Positions 51,126 to 64,000 of a stretch of 64,000 nt of DNA are shown here, piece by piece; position 1 is the first letter of the stretch, and each line of letters opens with the position of its first letter. Location: the NCBI GenBank assembly GCA_951406725.2, contig OX597816.1, forward strand, positions 125,612,001 through 125,676,000, given 5' to 3'. The position numbers were made by a program, and so were the translations under genes. Under the pieces are notes generated by a model. The model was not told the origin of the DNA and ran no database searches. It worked only from the letters and a program-made list of their open reading frames with translations. Origin of the DNA: Octopus vulgaris. Lineage: Eukaryota.

Positions 51126-52280
51126 AACGTAATTGTATTTGAGGACAAATTTTGTCAAAATGCTGCACGATTTATATGTTTGTTTTTTAAACCAAATGAT
51201 GTGTAGCTTGAGACCAAATTTTTGTTATTATACTGAATGATTTATAAGTTTTTTAAAATTTTAACTCACAGGTGTGTAGCTTTTTAAACTAGTATATTAA
51301 TGAGGGTATCTATAATACTTCAGTGGATTAATTTATAAATTTAGTATTAAGCATCATAAAATACCTCTTCCTTAAGTGTGAACTATATCACTATATTCAT
51401 AGTTAAATTTAAGACATAAGTTCCAACTATGGTCTCATCTTTATATAAAATGATTATAATTATATAAATTGAATTTAATGATAATGATATATGAATAATT
51501 CTATAAAGGGCACTATCGTGATTTAAAACAGTTCTATGTAAATACGTATTCCCGGTTATTTTTCCGTACGCAATTATTCTATAATTATATAAACATTGAT
51601 TTACACAAGTAGTTTCCTCTGATAAACTAAGTAAATTACTGTTTTTTACTTGTTATTTACTTAGAATAATATTTACATTACTACGAATAAATAGATTAGC
51701 ATAATTATTATATACAATTATATATCTTTTCGAATAATTATGCATATATGAATATTTCTTGTAGACCCTTTCGAATTTATATACACATATAAATTATAGA
51801 ATAATAAAACTATTTGCTTCACCTGCGACGGACCGGCGTCCCGTCCAGGTGGGGAACCTATACGCCAATGAAACCGGGAAACCGACCCTTATGAGCCAGG
51901 CATGACTCGAAAAGGAACAAACAACAAAACTTTTTGCCTACTCTAATTTATTTCCTTCTGTAAAACTAAGTAAAATTCTAGTACTTTATTTATATATTAT
52001 CATTTTTATGTAAGAAATAGTATAGTTTATGATAATCGTAACTTTATATATTTGTTTAACATCGTTCTGTTTAGTAGAAACTTTTGAGTGAATGATTCAT
52101 TGATTAAGTTCTTTTTTTTTTTCTAATGAATTTAGTGTCTGGATAAAATATATCTTTTTTTCATCATTGTATAAAGTAATTTTAGATAAAATATATTTAC
52201 TACTCCACCATAAATTCTTAACATATAGATTATATAGATTTTATATAATAAAATAGTTACTGATTACTTTCGATTAAAAT

Positions 52281-52685
52281 ATCTTTAGATTAATATTATT
52301 GGAGATGCATAAGAACATTTATGACCATTGTAACTTTTCTTTTAATTATTTTATCCATTTGAATTTTGTTTTCGTCTTACTTTTTATTACATTTATTATA
52401 TTTTATAATTACTAACTCTCAGGCTTGTAAACATAGGTGTATTTTAAATCAGTCTCTATTATCATTTAGGATGCCTTGTATGGACAAATTGTCTGCTTTT
52501 TTTGGGGGGGGGTCTGAGGAGACCAATATAAATGTGAATTTTATAAATTCAATAGTCGAAACAAATTATTGGATTTATATTTGTTTTAATTATTTGTTAT
52601 ATTATATTATATTTTATTATAACACTTTACAGTATAATTATATCATATTATAATGTAAATAAATTTCTAATATGTCAATTCTATT
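52281..52685. repeat. AT-rich dispersed repeat, copy 2
   Basis: Aligns by eye with 46941-47395. Confidence 0.8.
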
Positions 52686-52844
52686 TCTTTATTTCCTTTA
52701 ATATTTGTATATTGCAATTATACCATTTTATTTGTGATATTCAATTGAAGTACCAGTGAAAATTGGATATTTTCCATCCTTTTGAAGGAAAATATTTTTT
52801 TCTCCTTGTTTTGATTTATATATATAAGTATACACGAGGGCGAA

Positions 52845-52993
52845 AAGTGTCGCTGAAGAGGTCACAGTTATGTAACGAAAGATTTCCGGAAAATTGATAT
52901 GAGTTAAAATAAGAACAGTAATAAACGAGTGAAGAATGAATATGCAGTACGTGTGTTTATTTGGCCCCAAAATGACCATCCCGAAATACAAGA
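52845..52993 (+). mobile_element. Dispersed repeat with decayed hammerhead-like motif
   Basis: gtgtcg CTGAAGA g gtcac agttat gtaac GAAA gatttccggaaaat tgatat; related to 15045-15185. Confidence 0.55.
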
Positions 52994-53030
52994 TATATAT
53001 ATATGGGTATGTATAAGTATATATATATAA

Positions 53031-53118
<88 letters not shown>

Positions 53119-53149
53119 AGAGATAGATAGATATACATATGTGTATGTA

Positions 53150-54578
53150 CAGTGGTACCTTGACTTACGAGCGTTCCAACTAGCGAGCTTTTCGAGGTAC
53201 GAGCCGTCTCACGACCGATTTTTTGTTTTGAGTTGTGAGCTAAAATTCGGGTTGCAAGCCATCTTCAGATACCCCACCGCTAGTTGGCGTAGCGAACGTC
53301 ACAGTGAACGCCGTAACATCCACCCAGCATCCCGTGCCTCACTCGATAGCTAGGCAGACTTGCACGTTAGTAAGTGTAAATATCATTAGTATATCGACAG
53401 CTAGAAAGACATGTGCGTTAGTAAGTGCGAAGATCGTTAGTGGATAGTTAGCTAAACGGGTGATTAAATGCTTACTTAGCTGTTGCAGGCTATAGAAGCA
53501 TCAGTGTAGTCCTCGCAATTGTGCTTGCAGTTATTTTGCAAAACTTCGTTGTTCCAACCATGGTTCCGAAGAAACTGGGTACGAAGGACAGTGCTGAGAA
53601 GAAGCGGGTGATATGCATTCAATTAAAAAAAAGGAATTATGGAAAAACTTAACCAAAGTGTGCGTGTAGTCGACTCACGAAGCAATACGAGCGTAGCACT
53701 TCTACGATCTGCACCATTCGGAGGCAGAAGGATTCAATAAAAGCTATAATGCCAGTTTATGGCGTTAAAATAATTTCTAAACAGTTACCCATGAACATAT
53801 GGAGAAGCTGCTGATGGAGTGGTTGACAGAGAAGCAGCTCGCAGGAGAGACTGTGACGGAGGCTGTAATCTGCGAGAAGGCACGAACTATTTACGCTGAT
53901 TTGCTGCAGCAGACGCCAGACACATGCACGAACGAGCCATCGGGCGAGCTGTTTAAAGCCAGTTGATGCTGATTCGAGAATTTTAAAAAGAGGACTGGCA
54001 TTCATTCACTTGTCAGGCATGATGAGGCAGCGAGCGAGATTATGAAGGCAACTGAAGATCACCTCAAAACTTTGCCGGAATTATAGCAATCGATTGATAC
54101 ATCCCCCAGTAAGTCTTCAACTGTGACGAAACAGGACTTTTTGGAAGAGGATGCCAAGGAGGACTTATAACGACAGAAAAGGATAGGTTGGTGAAAGATA
54201 GGATAATCCTCGCACGGTGCGCCAATGCCAGCGGTGACTGCAAGACTAAGCCGCTGCTCGTTTATCATTCGGAAAGCCCCAGAGCCTTTAAGTCGCATAA
54301 GATTCTGAATGAAAAACTGCAGGTTACGTGGAGGGCAAACCCGAGGGCGTGGGTCAACAGGCAGGTCTTCGTGGAGTGAGTGAATTCCTGGACAATGCAC
54401 CTACTCACCCACCTAACCACGAAGATGACATCCTCGAAGAGTTCAAGTTTATAAATATTCTCTACCTTCCACCCAACACCACCCTAATCCTGCAGCCCAT
54501 GGACCAGCAAATGATTTCTAATTTCAAGAAGCTCGTCACCAAGCACCTTTTCTGCCGCTACTTTGAGATGACGGAGAG
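53150..54578 (+). mobile_element. Tigger/pogo DNA transposon, 3'-truncated, with transposase pseudogene
   Basis: TA|CAGTGGTACCT left end, ATG near 53560, CENP-B-type HTH remnants, PLLVYHSESPRAFK, LDNAPTHP, LPPNTTLILQPMDQ. Confidence 0.88.
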
Positions 54579-54742
54579 CGTATACGTTGTAGGTATGATA
54601 GATTATCAGATTATCCAGTCGATAATCTACCATTCAGGCGAATGATTCTTGCAATGGACACATTAACTGGGAGAAATGCAATTTAAAATGCAACAGCAGG
54701 TGCAGCTGAAATGGAAGCAGAAATAGCAGCAGCAGCAGAGGC

Positions 54743-54798
<56 letters not shown>

Positions 54799-55591
54799 CA
54801 GTAGCAGCAGTAGCAACAGTAATAACTGTTGTAAATTACTGTTGTTGTAGGCATTGAGCGGTGGTGGGGGTAGCAAGTGGTAATGATGATAATTTTGATG
54901 TAACAGCATCAATCGCAGCAGTACAGGGAGCAATAGCCACAACAGTGATGGCAATTAGGTTCGCGGTGTTAAGTAAAAGGCAACCCGACAATGAAGTCAA
55001 AGATTTTTTATAACCGAAGAGAATGTTTTTTTTATGTTAATTATACATTTAATTTCAATATAATTTAGTCATGGGTAAGAATTTAATGTTTCATTGCCAT
55101 ACTGTTATTTTTCTGGGAATATTAATCTTTGTTTATTGCTTTGTTACAAGAATTGTATAACTTTCAAACAATTCTTTGTTGGTTTCATTTACAAAATCGC
55201 ATGAGTGACAACCGATCTAGTAATTATGCAATCATTATGCATTATAATACTTGGGTCGTTCTTTAGATCATAAAGATCCTATAGAAATTCAACTAAAAGA
55301 AAACATTTGCATTATTATATAGATTGTATTGTTGTAATTGTTTTAATGCTTGACACTTTTATTTTTTGCATAGATTATAAACAAAACTAAGTAAATAAAA
55401 TAGTTAATAAACTGAGCGATATGAATTTTTAAGTAAATGCAATCTTTGAATTCAAGAACCATAATATTGTTGTGGTTGATTCATTTTATATTAACAAAAG
55501 AAATCATCATCTTCATCATCTTCATTATCATCATTATCATTTTAATTGTTGTTGTTATTGTTGCAGATGTTTTGTTGTTGTTGTTGTTATA

Positions 55592-55650
<59 letters not shown>

Positions 55651-55654
<4 letters not shown>

Positions 55655-56000
55655 TAGTTTTAATTATTATTGTCTTTATTATAAACCCAGGTTTTGTGGG
55701 AATTCCTGGAATCTTGCATGCGCAGCAGGCTTCTTGCCTGCAGCCTTACGGCACCATGCTATCCGTTCTTTTCAGTCATCTAATACATTCCTGATTATTC
55801 TGGCCGTGACAAGGAAGCAAATCTTTCGTAACAGTCCCACTGGGCACTCTATTTCGATTTCCTTTATATTCCACATGATGCCTTCTGTTACAGTCCAGAA
55901 GAACCCAACAATAATTGTAATTATCTTCACCTGCTTCATTTTCAATAGCCGAGCCATTTCCTACCTACCGCTTTTTTTTCACCCACTTCCTTGACTATTT
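55651..56000 (-). mobile_element. 3' fragment of R4/Dong-type LINE abutting (TAA)n
   Basis: C-terminus LLRKICFLVTARIIRNVL followed by a 3' UTR ending aaaactactga(ata)n. Confidence 0.7.
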
Positions 56001-56099
56001 ATGGGTCAAAAAGCCATGCTACATTAACTATATTATTATTAATATTATTATTGTTATTTTCTTTTAATCTGCATGTTTGTTACAATCCCTTAACGAGAC

Positions 56100-56450
56100 A
56101 CAACCAGTGTCCAAGGGCGAGTGACGGTTAAGTGATGTTACAGTATGACGGAAAGCTTGGGGAAGGGAAGTAAAAAGCAGTAGCGAAATATCTTTAAATT
56201 GATAGGGTTTTCCTAATGATGTAGGCAGTACTTATCAGCACAATCTTTCGGGTTTCTCTCAGACATGGTTCTCCTGAGATATTATCTAGATGTTTCTGAC
56301 ATCCACTTTTCATCACACCTAGACCACCTACGATAACAGGAGCAGCTCTTTCTTTGAGATACCACATCTTTTGTATTTCAATTTCCAGGTTCTTATATTT
56401 GCTTAATTTGTCTAATTCCTTTACAGATATATTTTTATCAGTGGAAACAC
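56100..56450 (-). mobile_element. 3' fragment of R4/Dong-type LINE
   Basis: KELDKLSKYKNLEIEIQKMW...PVIVGGLG...TAYIIRKTLSI. Confidence 0.75.
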
Positions 56451-56493
56451 ATCTATTTATATACAAGTATTATTATTATCAATATTATTATTA

Positions 56494-56574
<81 letters not shown>

Positions 56575-56578
<4 letters not shown>

Positions 56579-59121
56579 TAGTTTTATTTTTATAGCGTGC
56601 TTTCACTTCACTACCGAGCGCAGCTCTGTGTGCCTTGGGTATGTGCTGTGATTTGTTGTGATGCTCTGATGGTTATTGTATGGAAAGTGTTCTGCGTAGG
56701 ATGTGTGCAGTGCCTAGTAGTGCAATTTTCTGTATGTTATATGTGTTTGTAAGTCCTGGTGTTTTTGTTATGTATTTGTCTGAATATTTTTTTATCATGC
56801 CTAATGCACCTATTATGATAGGAATTGTTTCTGTTTTCAGGTTCCACATTCTAGTTACCTCTATTTCCAGGTCTTTGTATTTTGAGAATTTCTCCATTTC
56901 TTTTAGAGACACGTTGTCATCTGCCGGTATTGATACATCAATTAGAAAGCATTTTTTTTCTTCATGATCTCTGACAACTATATCTGGTCTGTTAGCCTTA
57001 ATTTCTCTATCTGTGTGTATCGGCATATCCCAGAGTATGGTTGCTTTCTCGTTTTCTGTGACCTTTTCTGGTGTGTGCCTATACCATCTTTTTTCTGTTG
57101 TTATTCCATAATGTTGGCATAGCTTCCAATGTATGTAGGTTCCAACTCTGTCATGTCTGTGAATATAATCCTTCTTAGCCAGGACTGGGCAGCTAGAGAT
57201 AATATGATTTATTGTTTCTTGTCCATCTCCACATATTCTGCAGTTACTTGTAATATTTCTTGTCATTACATGTTTTTGGTAATTTCTGGTGGGGAGGCTT
57301 TGGTCTTGTGCTGCAATTAAAAATCCCTCTGTTTCTGCTTTTTGTCCTGAGCTTCTCAACCATTGCTGGGATTTTTCTTTGTCTATTTCTTTTGCGTTTA
57401 GTTTAGTGCAGTATTTACCATGAAGGGGTTTTTCTTGCCATCGTTTTATCATGGCTCGTTGCTGTTCTATTTTTAGTTTGGATTTCATTTGTTTTATAGC
57501 TTTTGTTGTTTCTTCATCATCATCTTCTTCTTCTTTGTGTTTATTAGGTGGTATGATTTCTTGTTTGTATTTGTCAGCTTCCTTAAATACTGAGAACAGT
57601 TTTTTGTTTTGCTCGTGTTTTGCCGCTATCTGGATCAGTTTTCCTTCCTTCTGAAGTAGATATTTTTGCAGTCCTATGGTGGTTATTTTATAGTAGTTTT
57701 CCAGCTGTATAAGGCCTCTACCACCTTCTATACGTTGTATATATAGTATTTCTATGTCAGATTTTGGGTGATGCATCCTAGATCCTGTCAGTATTTTTCT
57801 TGTTTTCCTATCTATTTTGGACAGTTCATTTCGTGTCCAGTTAAGGATATTGTAGCTGTAACTTATAACTGGGACAGCTAAAGTGTTGATACCTATTATC
57901 TTGTTTTTAGCATTGAGCTCTGTTTTTAGTATTGATCTAACTCGTCTATAATATTCTTTTTTTATTTTTTCTTTCATTTGTGTGTGTTGTGTCTTATCTA
58001 GTTCATGGATTCCTAAGTATTTGTAAGTTTGGCTTTGGTCTAATTCTTTTATTTCATTGGTTTTATCTAGTGTGATGTTGTTACTCTTAACTAGTTTTCC
58101 TCTTTTCATGGTTACTTTGGCGCATTTTTCTAATCCAAATTTCATATCTATTTCTTTGGTAAATCCATGAACTGTCTTTAATAGTGTTTCCAGCTGTTTG
58201 TCATTTGCAGCGTATAGTTTTAGGTCATCCATATATAAAAGGTGGCTGATCGTTTTGCCGTAACATTTATATCCGCATCCAATTCTATTTAGCATATCAG
58301 ATAGAGGTGACAGTGCCAAGCAGAAAAGGAGTGGAGAGAGCGTGTCTCCCTGGAATATTCCTCTTCTAATGGGGATGTCTTTGGTTTTCATGAGTCCCTC
58401 TTTTGTTTGGAGGTGTAGGACTGTTTGCCATTTATTCATAGAGTGCTCTATGAATTTTATGATTGTTGGTGCTACTTTGTTAATGGCTAGTGTTTCGAGG
58501 ATCCATGTGTGGGGGATGCTATCAAACGCCTTCTTGTAGTCAATCCAGGCCATACTGAGGCCTTTCTTCTTTCTGTGGCTGTCTTCAGTTACGGCTTTAT
58601 TAATCATTAGTTGATCTTTACAGCCATATGAGCCCTTGCGGCATCCTTTCTGCTCTTCTGGGAGCAGTTTGTTTTCGTCCAGTGCGATATCACTGCAGTG
58701 AATGCCTTGGTCTGTAGTTTTCTGGTTTTGTTGTTTCATTTGATTTGGGAATTAAGATGGTTTTTCCCCTTCGTGAGCCATTCAGGCATTGTCTCTGGCT
58801 CTGCTAGTATGCTGTTAAAGTTTTCAGCCAGCTTTTTGTGCATTTCTGTTAGATATTTCAACCAGAAGTTGGGGATCTTGTCATGCCCAGGTGCCTTCCA
58901 GTTGCTTAGTTTTTGCAGTGCCTGGGTGACCTCTTCAGTTGTTATGGGGGTCCAAAGTTGTTCAGATGCCGAGTTTGTTATTTTCATACTCCTTTTTTTT
59001 GCTGTTCGTTCGCCGACCATATTTCTTTCCAGAATTCTTCCAATTCTTCTGCCGTTGGTGCTGCAGTGACTTCTATTTTATTTTTGCCCAGTTCTTGGTA
59101 GAACTTTTTGGGGTCGGAGTT
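56575..59121 (-). mobile_element. R4/Dong-clade LINE (RT plus restriction-like endonuclease), 5'-truncated, in (TAA)n
   Basis: WKAPGHD, WIDYKKAFDS, GIFQGDTLSP, YMDD, YKYLG, CRIC..ETINHIISSC, RHD, RPDIVV..IDVSIP. (TAA)n on both sides; frameshifts at 58680-58770. Confidence 0.92.
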
Positions 59122-59133
59122 GAATTATTATTA

Positions 59134-59210
<77 letters not shown>

Positions 59211-59798
59211 GAGTAAGAGAGCGCTGCATACCATCAAAGTGACACTAGGGTAACATATACGAAGCCCATTATGCCCATCATGACTACCCGTTTGATAAGG
59301 GTACACCAGATACATGCATCACAGCGATATGTGCGTGACATGGCATTCCCATATCAAGATAAACAGCGCATGACCTTGCAGGTGGGGTCCCACTTTCAAT
59401 TTTCTTCAGGTTGAGCAAACTATACCAATCAAAAGGTCCCTGAAGAAGGGTCATTTAAGGATGTTGAACGAAACCCACATATTTCCAGAGTTAAATCATT
59501 CAAATTGCAAAGAATTCCTCTCAACACATGGCTATGATGCTTCTCGACTACTTCTGCTCATGATCAGAGATGCATATATCGTCAACTACTAAGTGACATT
59601 CCCAACTGGTTAACGTCAAACAACTGATAAGCAAATCTGTGGTATTGAGCAAAATATTTGCTGTAGCCTATCTTTTAAACAATGTACACAATAGCACTTC
59701 CAATCAGTTAAGATCAGAAGCCATGAAAGCCACTCTCTGGTATTGCATCAGAGCATTTTCTTCTTCTTCCCCTTCTTCTTCTTCTTCTTCTTCTTCCC

Positions 59799-59920
<122 letters not shown>

Positions 59921-59994
59921 TACTACTACTACTACTACTATTATTATTATTACTAGTACTACTACTATTACTACTATTATTATTATTCAGTAGT

Positions 59995-60240
59995 ATTATT
60001 GATTGCTTTAACGGCGTTACTTCCAGTAAATTTTCTTCCTAACATCTTTCTACCCTTTCTGTGTTACTCATTTGGGACTTTCTTGTTCATTTCCCTTTCA
60101 ATTATCTTATCATCCTCCCGAACCTCTAGGTACTTGTATCCTTTATTCTTTTTCAATGTTATAATGATACTATCTTACGACTTGTTTAAACCATCGCCCA
60201 ACTTCTCTTTATAAAACTGCACATGCATTCACCGCACACT
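59995..60240 (-). pseudogene. Old R4/Dong RT fragment
   Basis: GYKYLEVREDDKII...KFTGSNAVKAIN, homologous to the YKYLG..KIIGIN region of the neighbouring element. Confidence 0.6.
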
Positions 60241-60607
60241 GTATGCCAGTAATCCTGCTAATTTTTCATACTTCTTGAACAAGAAAATCAAGGTCTTTTC
60301 AATTTTGATGCATGGTTTGAAATATGTCTTTAGCAAAATCATAGACAAATCTAGATTTTCCAGCTTTCTAGATTTACTACATTGTCTTCAATTTACTTTA
60401 CTTCCAATTCATGAAGAAACAATGGTTCATGACTGAGATTGCATATTTATTTATTCATTAGTTTGACCATTTTTATTAGACAGTTCATCACAATGTTGCC
60501 CAACTTACTATTTCATTTGCGTACGCTGTATTTTATCAATTTCCTGCAGCCTTAATCCTTGCACAGTGTCTCTTTCAACACTCTATTTTCAGCCATTGAA
60601 TTTCATA

Positions 60608-61691
60608 TTAGGTCGTCAATTATGAAATTTGTAGTAAGGTATATGGTAAACTTTGACAGCTATTTATTTTGCGATAATCTTTATTTTTTGTTAGAAAGCT
60701 GACACATATATTTCTTTATTCTAACTCATTTTGTGGCTTATAAAGTATTTATAAATCGTTTTTTTTTTTTTTACTGTTTTTGTTTAGAGATGGACAAGTC
60801 GGAAATTCGAAAATTCATACATTTTTGAAATATCAGTTCTTTCTTGGAACTACAGCATCACAGACATCTCGGAATATTAATGGAGTATTTCATTCTAATG
60901 TTATTATACAGCAGACAGCATCAGATTGGTTTGCAAAATTTTGTTCTGGAAACATTGACCTCACAAATGAGCAACGCGGTCGACCAGAAATAAAGGTGGA
61001 TAATGACGACAGAATCATTTTTTAATCGAAATGTAATATGTGATGAGAAATGGATTCAATACAGGCGTAAACGTTTATCACAATGGCTGGACAAAGACGA
61101 GCCACCAAAACACAATCCAAAATGCAAAATTCATCAAAAGAAGCTGATTGTGTGTGTTTGGTGGTCTCGTGCAAGTGTGATCCATTATGATTTCATTAAA
61201 CCTGCCTCATCAATCACGACCAAAGTATGCTGCAGCCAACTGGACCAAATGATGCAGAAACCTATCAAAAACCAGCTTAGATTAATCAACAAATCCACTC
61301 CTATTTTAATGCAAGACAACGCCGGACCACACATCGCAAAAATGACATTGGCGAAACTACAGGAGTTGGAGTCGGAGTTGGAGTTAAAAGTTCTCCATCA
61401 TCCACCATACTCAACTGATCTTGCCCACACTGACTATCACTTCTTCCAGAATTTGGATAAATTTTGATAGAAAAAAAATAATTCCGACGATGCTGTAAAA
61501 CAGGCCTTCCAAAATTTTAATGACTCCAGATTGCCAGGCTTTTAGAGCTCCGCGCTGGACAAGCTACCGCTGAAATGGCAAAGATGTATTGACAGTATGG
61601 GTACATAGTTTAATAAATAAAACTATTCCTTTTATTTATAAAACATTAGCAAACTTTTTCTTTTCTACAAATTTCATACTTGATGACCTAA
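60608..61691 (+). mobile_element. mariner transposon with both TIRs, internally deleted transposase
   Basis: TA-flanked TIRs ttaggtcgtcaattatgaaatttgtag / ctacaaatttcatacttgatgacctaa; DEKW, QDNAGPH, HPPYSTDLAHTDYHFF. Confidence 0.92.
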
Positions 61692-61751
61692 TAGAATACT
61701 GTTTTAGTTAGTATACCTTTCATGACCGAAGGAGGAGGAGGAGGAGGAGGA

Positions 61752-62056
61752 GACCCCCCTCCTTTGGTCATGAATGACCATGGGATTGCACTTAGAAAGT
61801 TACACTCCGAGGCACAAGTCCGGCAAGATTGCTTGTGGAAGGCCAGCAGTCGCCCTTGCATACCAGCCTCCCCTCTCCACACCACTGATGTTATCCAAGG
61901 GAAAGGCAAAGGCCGATACAGCTTGGCACCAATGATGTCGCAACTCATTTCTACAGCTGAGTTAACTTGAGCAACGTGAAATAAAGCGTCTTGCTCAAGA
62001 ACACAACACACAGCCCGGTCCGGGAATCGAACTAACAACCTCACGATCGTAAGCTC
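61752..62056 (-). mobile_element. SINE sharing head/core with 10227-10546 but with a different tail
   Basis: Minus strand: gttcgattcccggacc..ttgtgttcttgagcaagacgctttatttcacgttgctc. Confidence 0.75.
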
Positions 62057-63186
62057 TTAGCTTAGTAATTCTCTTTCCGTTATGTCTTATTCCTACAGCA
62101 ATTATGTTTTGCTTATGATTTTTTTCTTTTTTTTTTGGCTCTTTCTACCTTTGATTTCATTAAAGATTAAGAAACCTTTTACGTTATTTTCTGTTCTTCT
62201 GTATCGCCTCTAGATTATTACCTTAACCAGAGTTTCTATCTTTACAGTTTTATTATCTTAAATGTTTTCCTATATGATGTATTCATATTCTCGTTTGAAT
62301 TGATCTGATTCAACTTTGAGGAGTCAGTAATCTTAACATATTATATGTTACGATTTTTGATGATTTTTTTTTTTGTTTTAATTGTTTTCCATGCTACATG
62401 TCTATCTTCGTGGTTCACATTCTTAATGTTTCTAACTTTAATGTTTTTTCCTTGCGTTGTTTGTATTTTATAAGTGTTTATATTTTTGTTATGTTTTCAT
62501 ACTTTTAAATGCTCTATTTCTATTTCTGAATGAGAGTTAATTATGAGAATACATATTTAATTAGCTAGTCGTTGGGAATCTTAAGTTAGTTTTGGATCTG
62601 GAATATTTCGTATCCATATATCATTTGTGTATACCATATTGGGCTCTTAGTGGAGTAAGCTGCCACTATAAAATATGCTAGGAAGCATAGAAAGGTATTT
62701 TTCCTGTGTTCATGTAAACATATAGACTCTTATTTGCGATAAGTTATAACCTATTCTTATTTATCAATATAGAAACCGTTTCTACGGTTATTGGCTTTGT
62801 TTCTGGCGGTGCAGTATTTTGCACGCTCCATTTCTGTACTTTATATTTATTCATCCAAATTATTCATTCTCGTTTAACTTTGGGTCAATCGATATAGTTT
62901 CGCTCGTATCCGTTGATTTTTTTCGAGTAGAAGTGTAAATAAATTGAACAGGTAGTAATTAAACTTATTCTTCAATAGGACAAAAACTTTCATAACAATA
63001 CTTATAGAACAAAAAGCAATTCCATTATATTAATGACATAATTTCTTTCTTAAAAGATATCTTCAACGTTTTCCATTTTTTATTGTTATTTTTATTTTTC
63101 CTTTTTTCTTATTTTATCGTTAATAATGAATATTTATTTAATAATGAATATTACTTTGATCATTTGTTTTTGCTGACAATCCATCC

Positions 63187-63246
<60 letters not shown>

Positions 63247-63269
63247 CATTATTATTTTCTTTTTATCAA

Positions 63270-63990
63270 AGGTTTTATTGGAGCTACTGGAGTCTTGCAT
63301 GCGTAGCGAATACTTTCCTGGTTATTGTGGCCGTACCGAGGAGGCAAACCTTTGGTAACAGTACTACTTGGCACTCTACTCCAATTTCCTTTATATTACC
63401 CCTAACGCCTTCTGATACTGTTCCCAAGGACTCAACAATAACTGGCACTATCTTCTCCTTCATCATTTTCCATAGCCGGGTTATTTCGTACTTAAGAGGG
63501 TTGTATCTATCTATCCTATCGCCTTCCCTCTTGACTATTCGTGGGCAAATGGACATGCAACGTTAACTACATGGCATATGTGGTGCTCCTTCTCCAACAC
63601 CACTAGGTCCGGTCTGTTATGCTCTAGCACTTGATCTGTTTGGATTGGGAAATCCTAGAGGATTTTGCTAGTCTCCCACTCTGCCACTCTCTGCGGTTTG
63701 TACTCATACCACGTCTTGCCTCTCTCTAGCCCTCACTTTTCGCATAGTTGCCAGTGTAGCACTTTCGATACCTGGTCGTGTCGGCACAATTTGTAGTGGC
63801 TTGGGGCAATTCTGGGACATTCGTTTGTGATATGGGCAATGGTTTCATCTACTCTATTGTAGATGTGGCCCAGCGGAGACACCCGCTCATTCCTCAGGTT
63901 GACTTTCCGGTTCGTGGCCAGTGCTTGGTCCAGCGCAACCAGTAGAGTGCTTTTAGGGCTCCTTTCATCAGCCAATCCCACCTATTTTTT
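63270..63990 (-). mobile_element. Decayed R4/Dong-type LINE 3' region next to (TAA)n
   Basis: DQAL.T, ETIAHITNEC, RHDQV..LHWQLC, RPDLVV, KVCLLGTATITRKV. Confidence 0.8.
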
Positions 63991-64000
63991 CCAACAACTT

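Noticed and set aside
58680-58712. Palindromic 'filler' in the Dong RT
   Set aside because: In another frame it reads KAFTAVIS, native RT sequence left between two small deletions after NYRP.
61003-61467. SETMAR-like host gene
   Set aside because: It lies between mariner TIRs, has an internal deletion and frameshifts, and has no SET domain.

Overview
AT-rich eukaryotic DNA, most likely from an octopus (inferred from the tRNA-derived SINE families and very dense TA/TG/TACA/TAA microsatellites). No host protein-coding gene can be supported, and most ORFs in the track are translated microsatellites. The window is a mosaic of transposable elements: a young 5'-truncated Tx1/L1-clade LINE, R4/Dong-type LINEs in (TAA)n tracts, Penelope-like element (PLE) fragments, mariner, Tigger/pogo, a non-autonomous Helitron, a probable hAT shell and several SINEs. 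The main unexplained signal is a dense set of type I hammerhead ribozyme (HHR) motifs read by eye. Two head-to-tail arrays (352-bp units at 24.1-25.4 kb; ~555-bp units at 32.6-34.2 kb) carry one HHR motif per highly base-paired monomer and look like retrozyme (circular-RNA retroelement) insertions. About seven further solo HHRs occur in PLE-type or fold-back elements, often with U3-A8 core covariation and unpaired 10.1/11.1 positions. Folding and activity are inferred, not computed.
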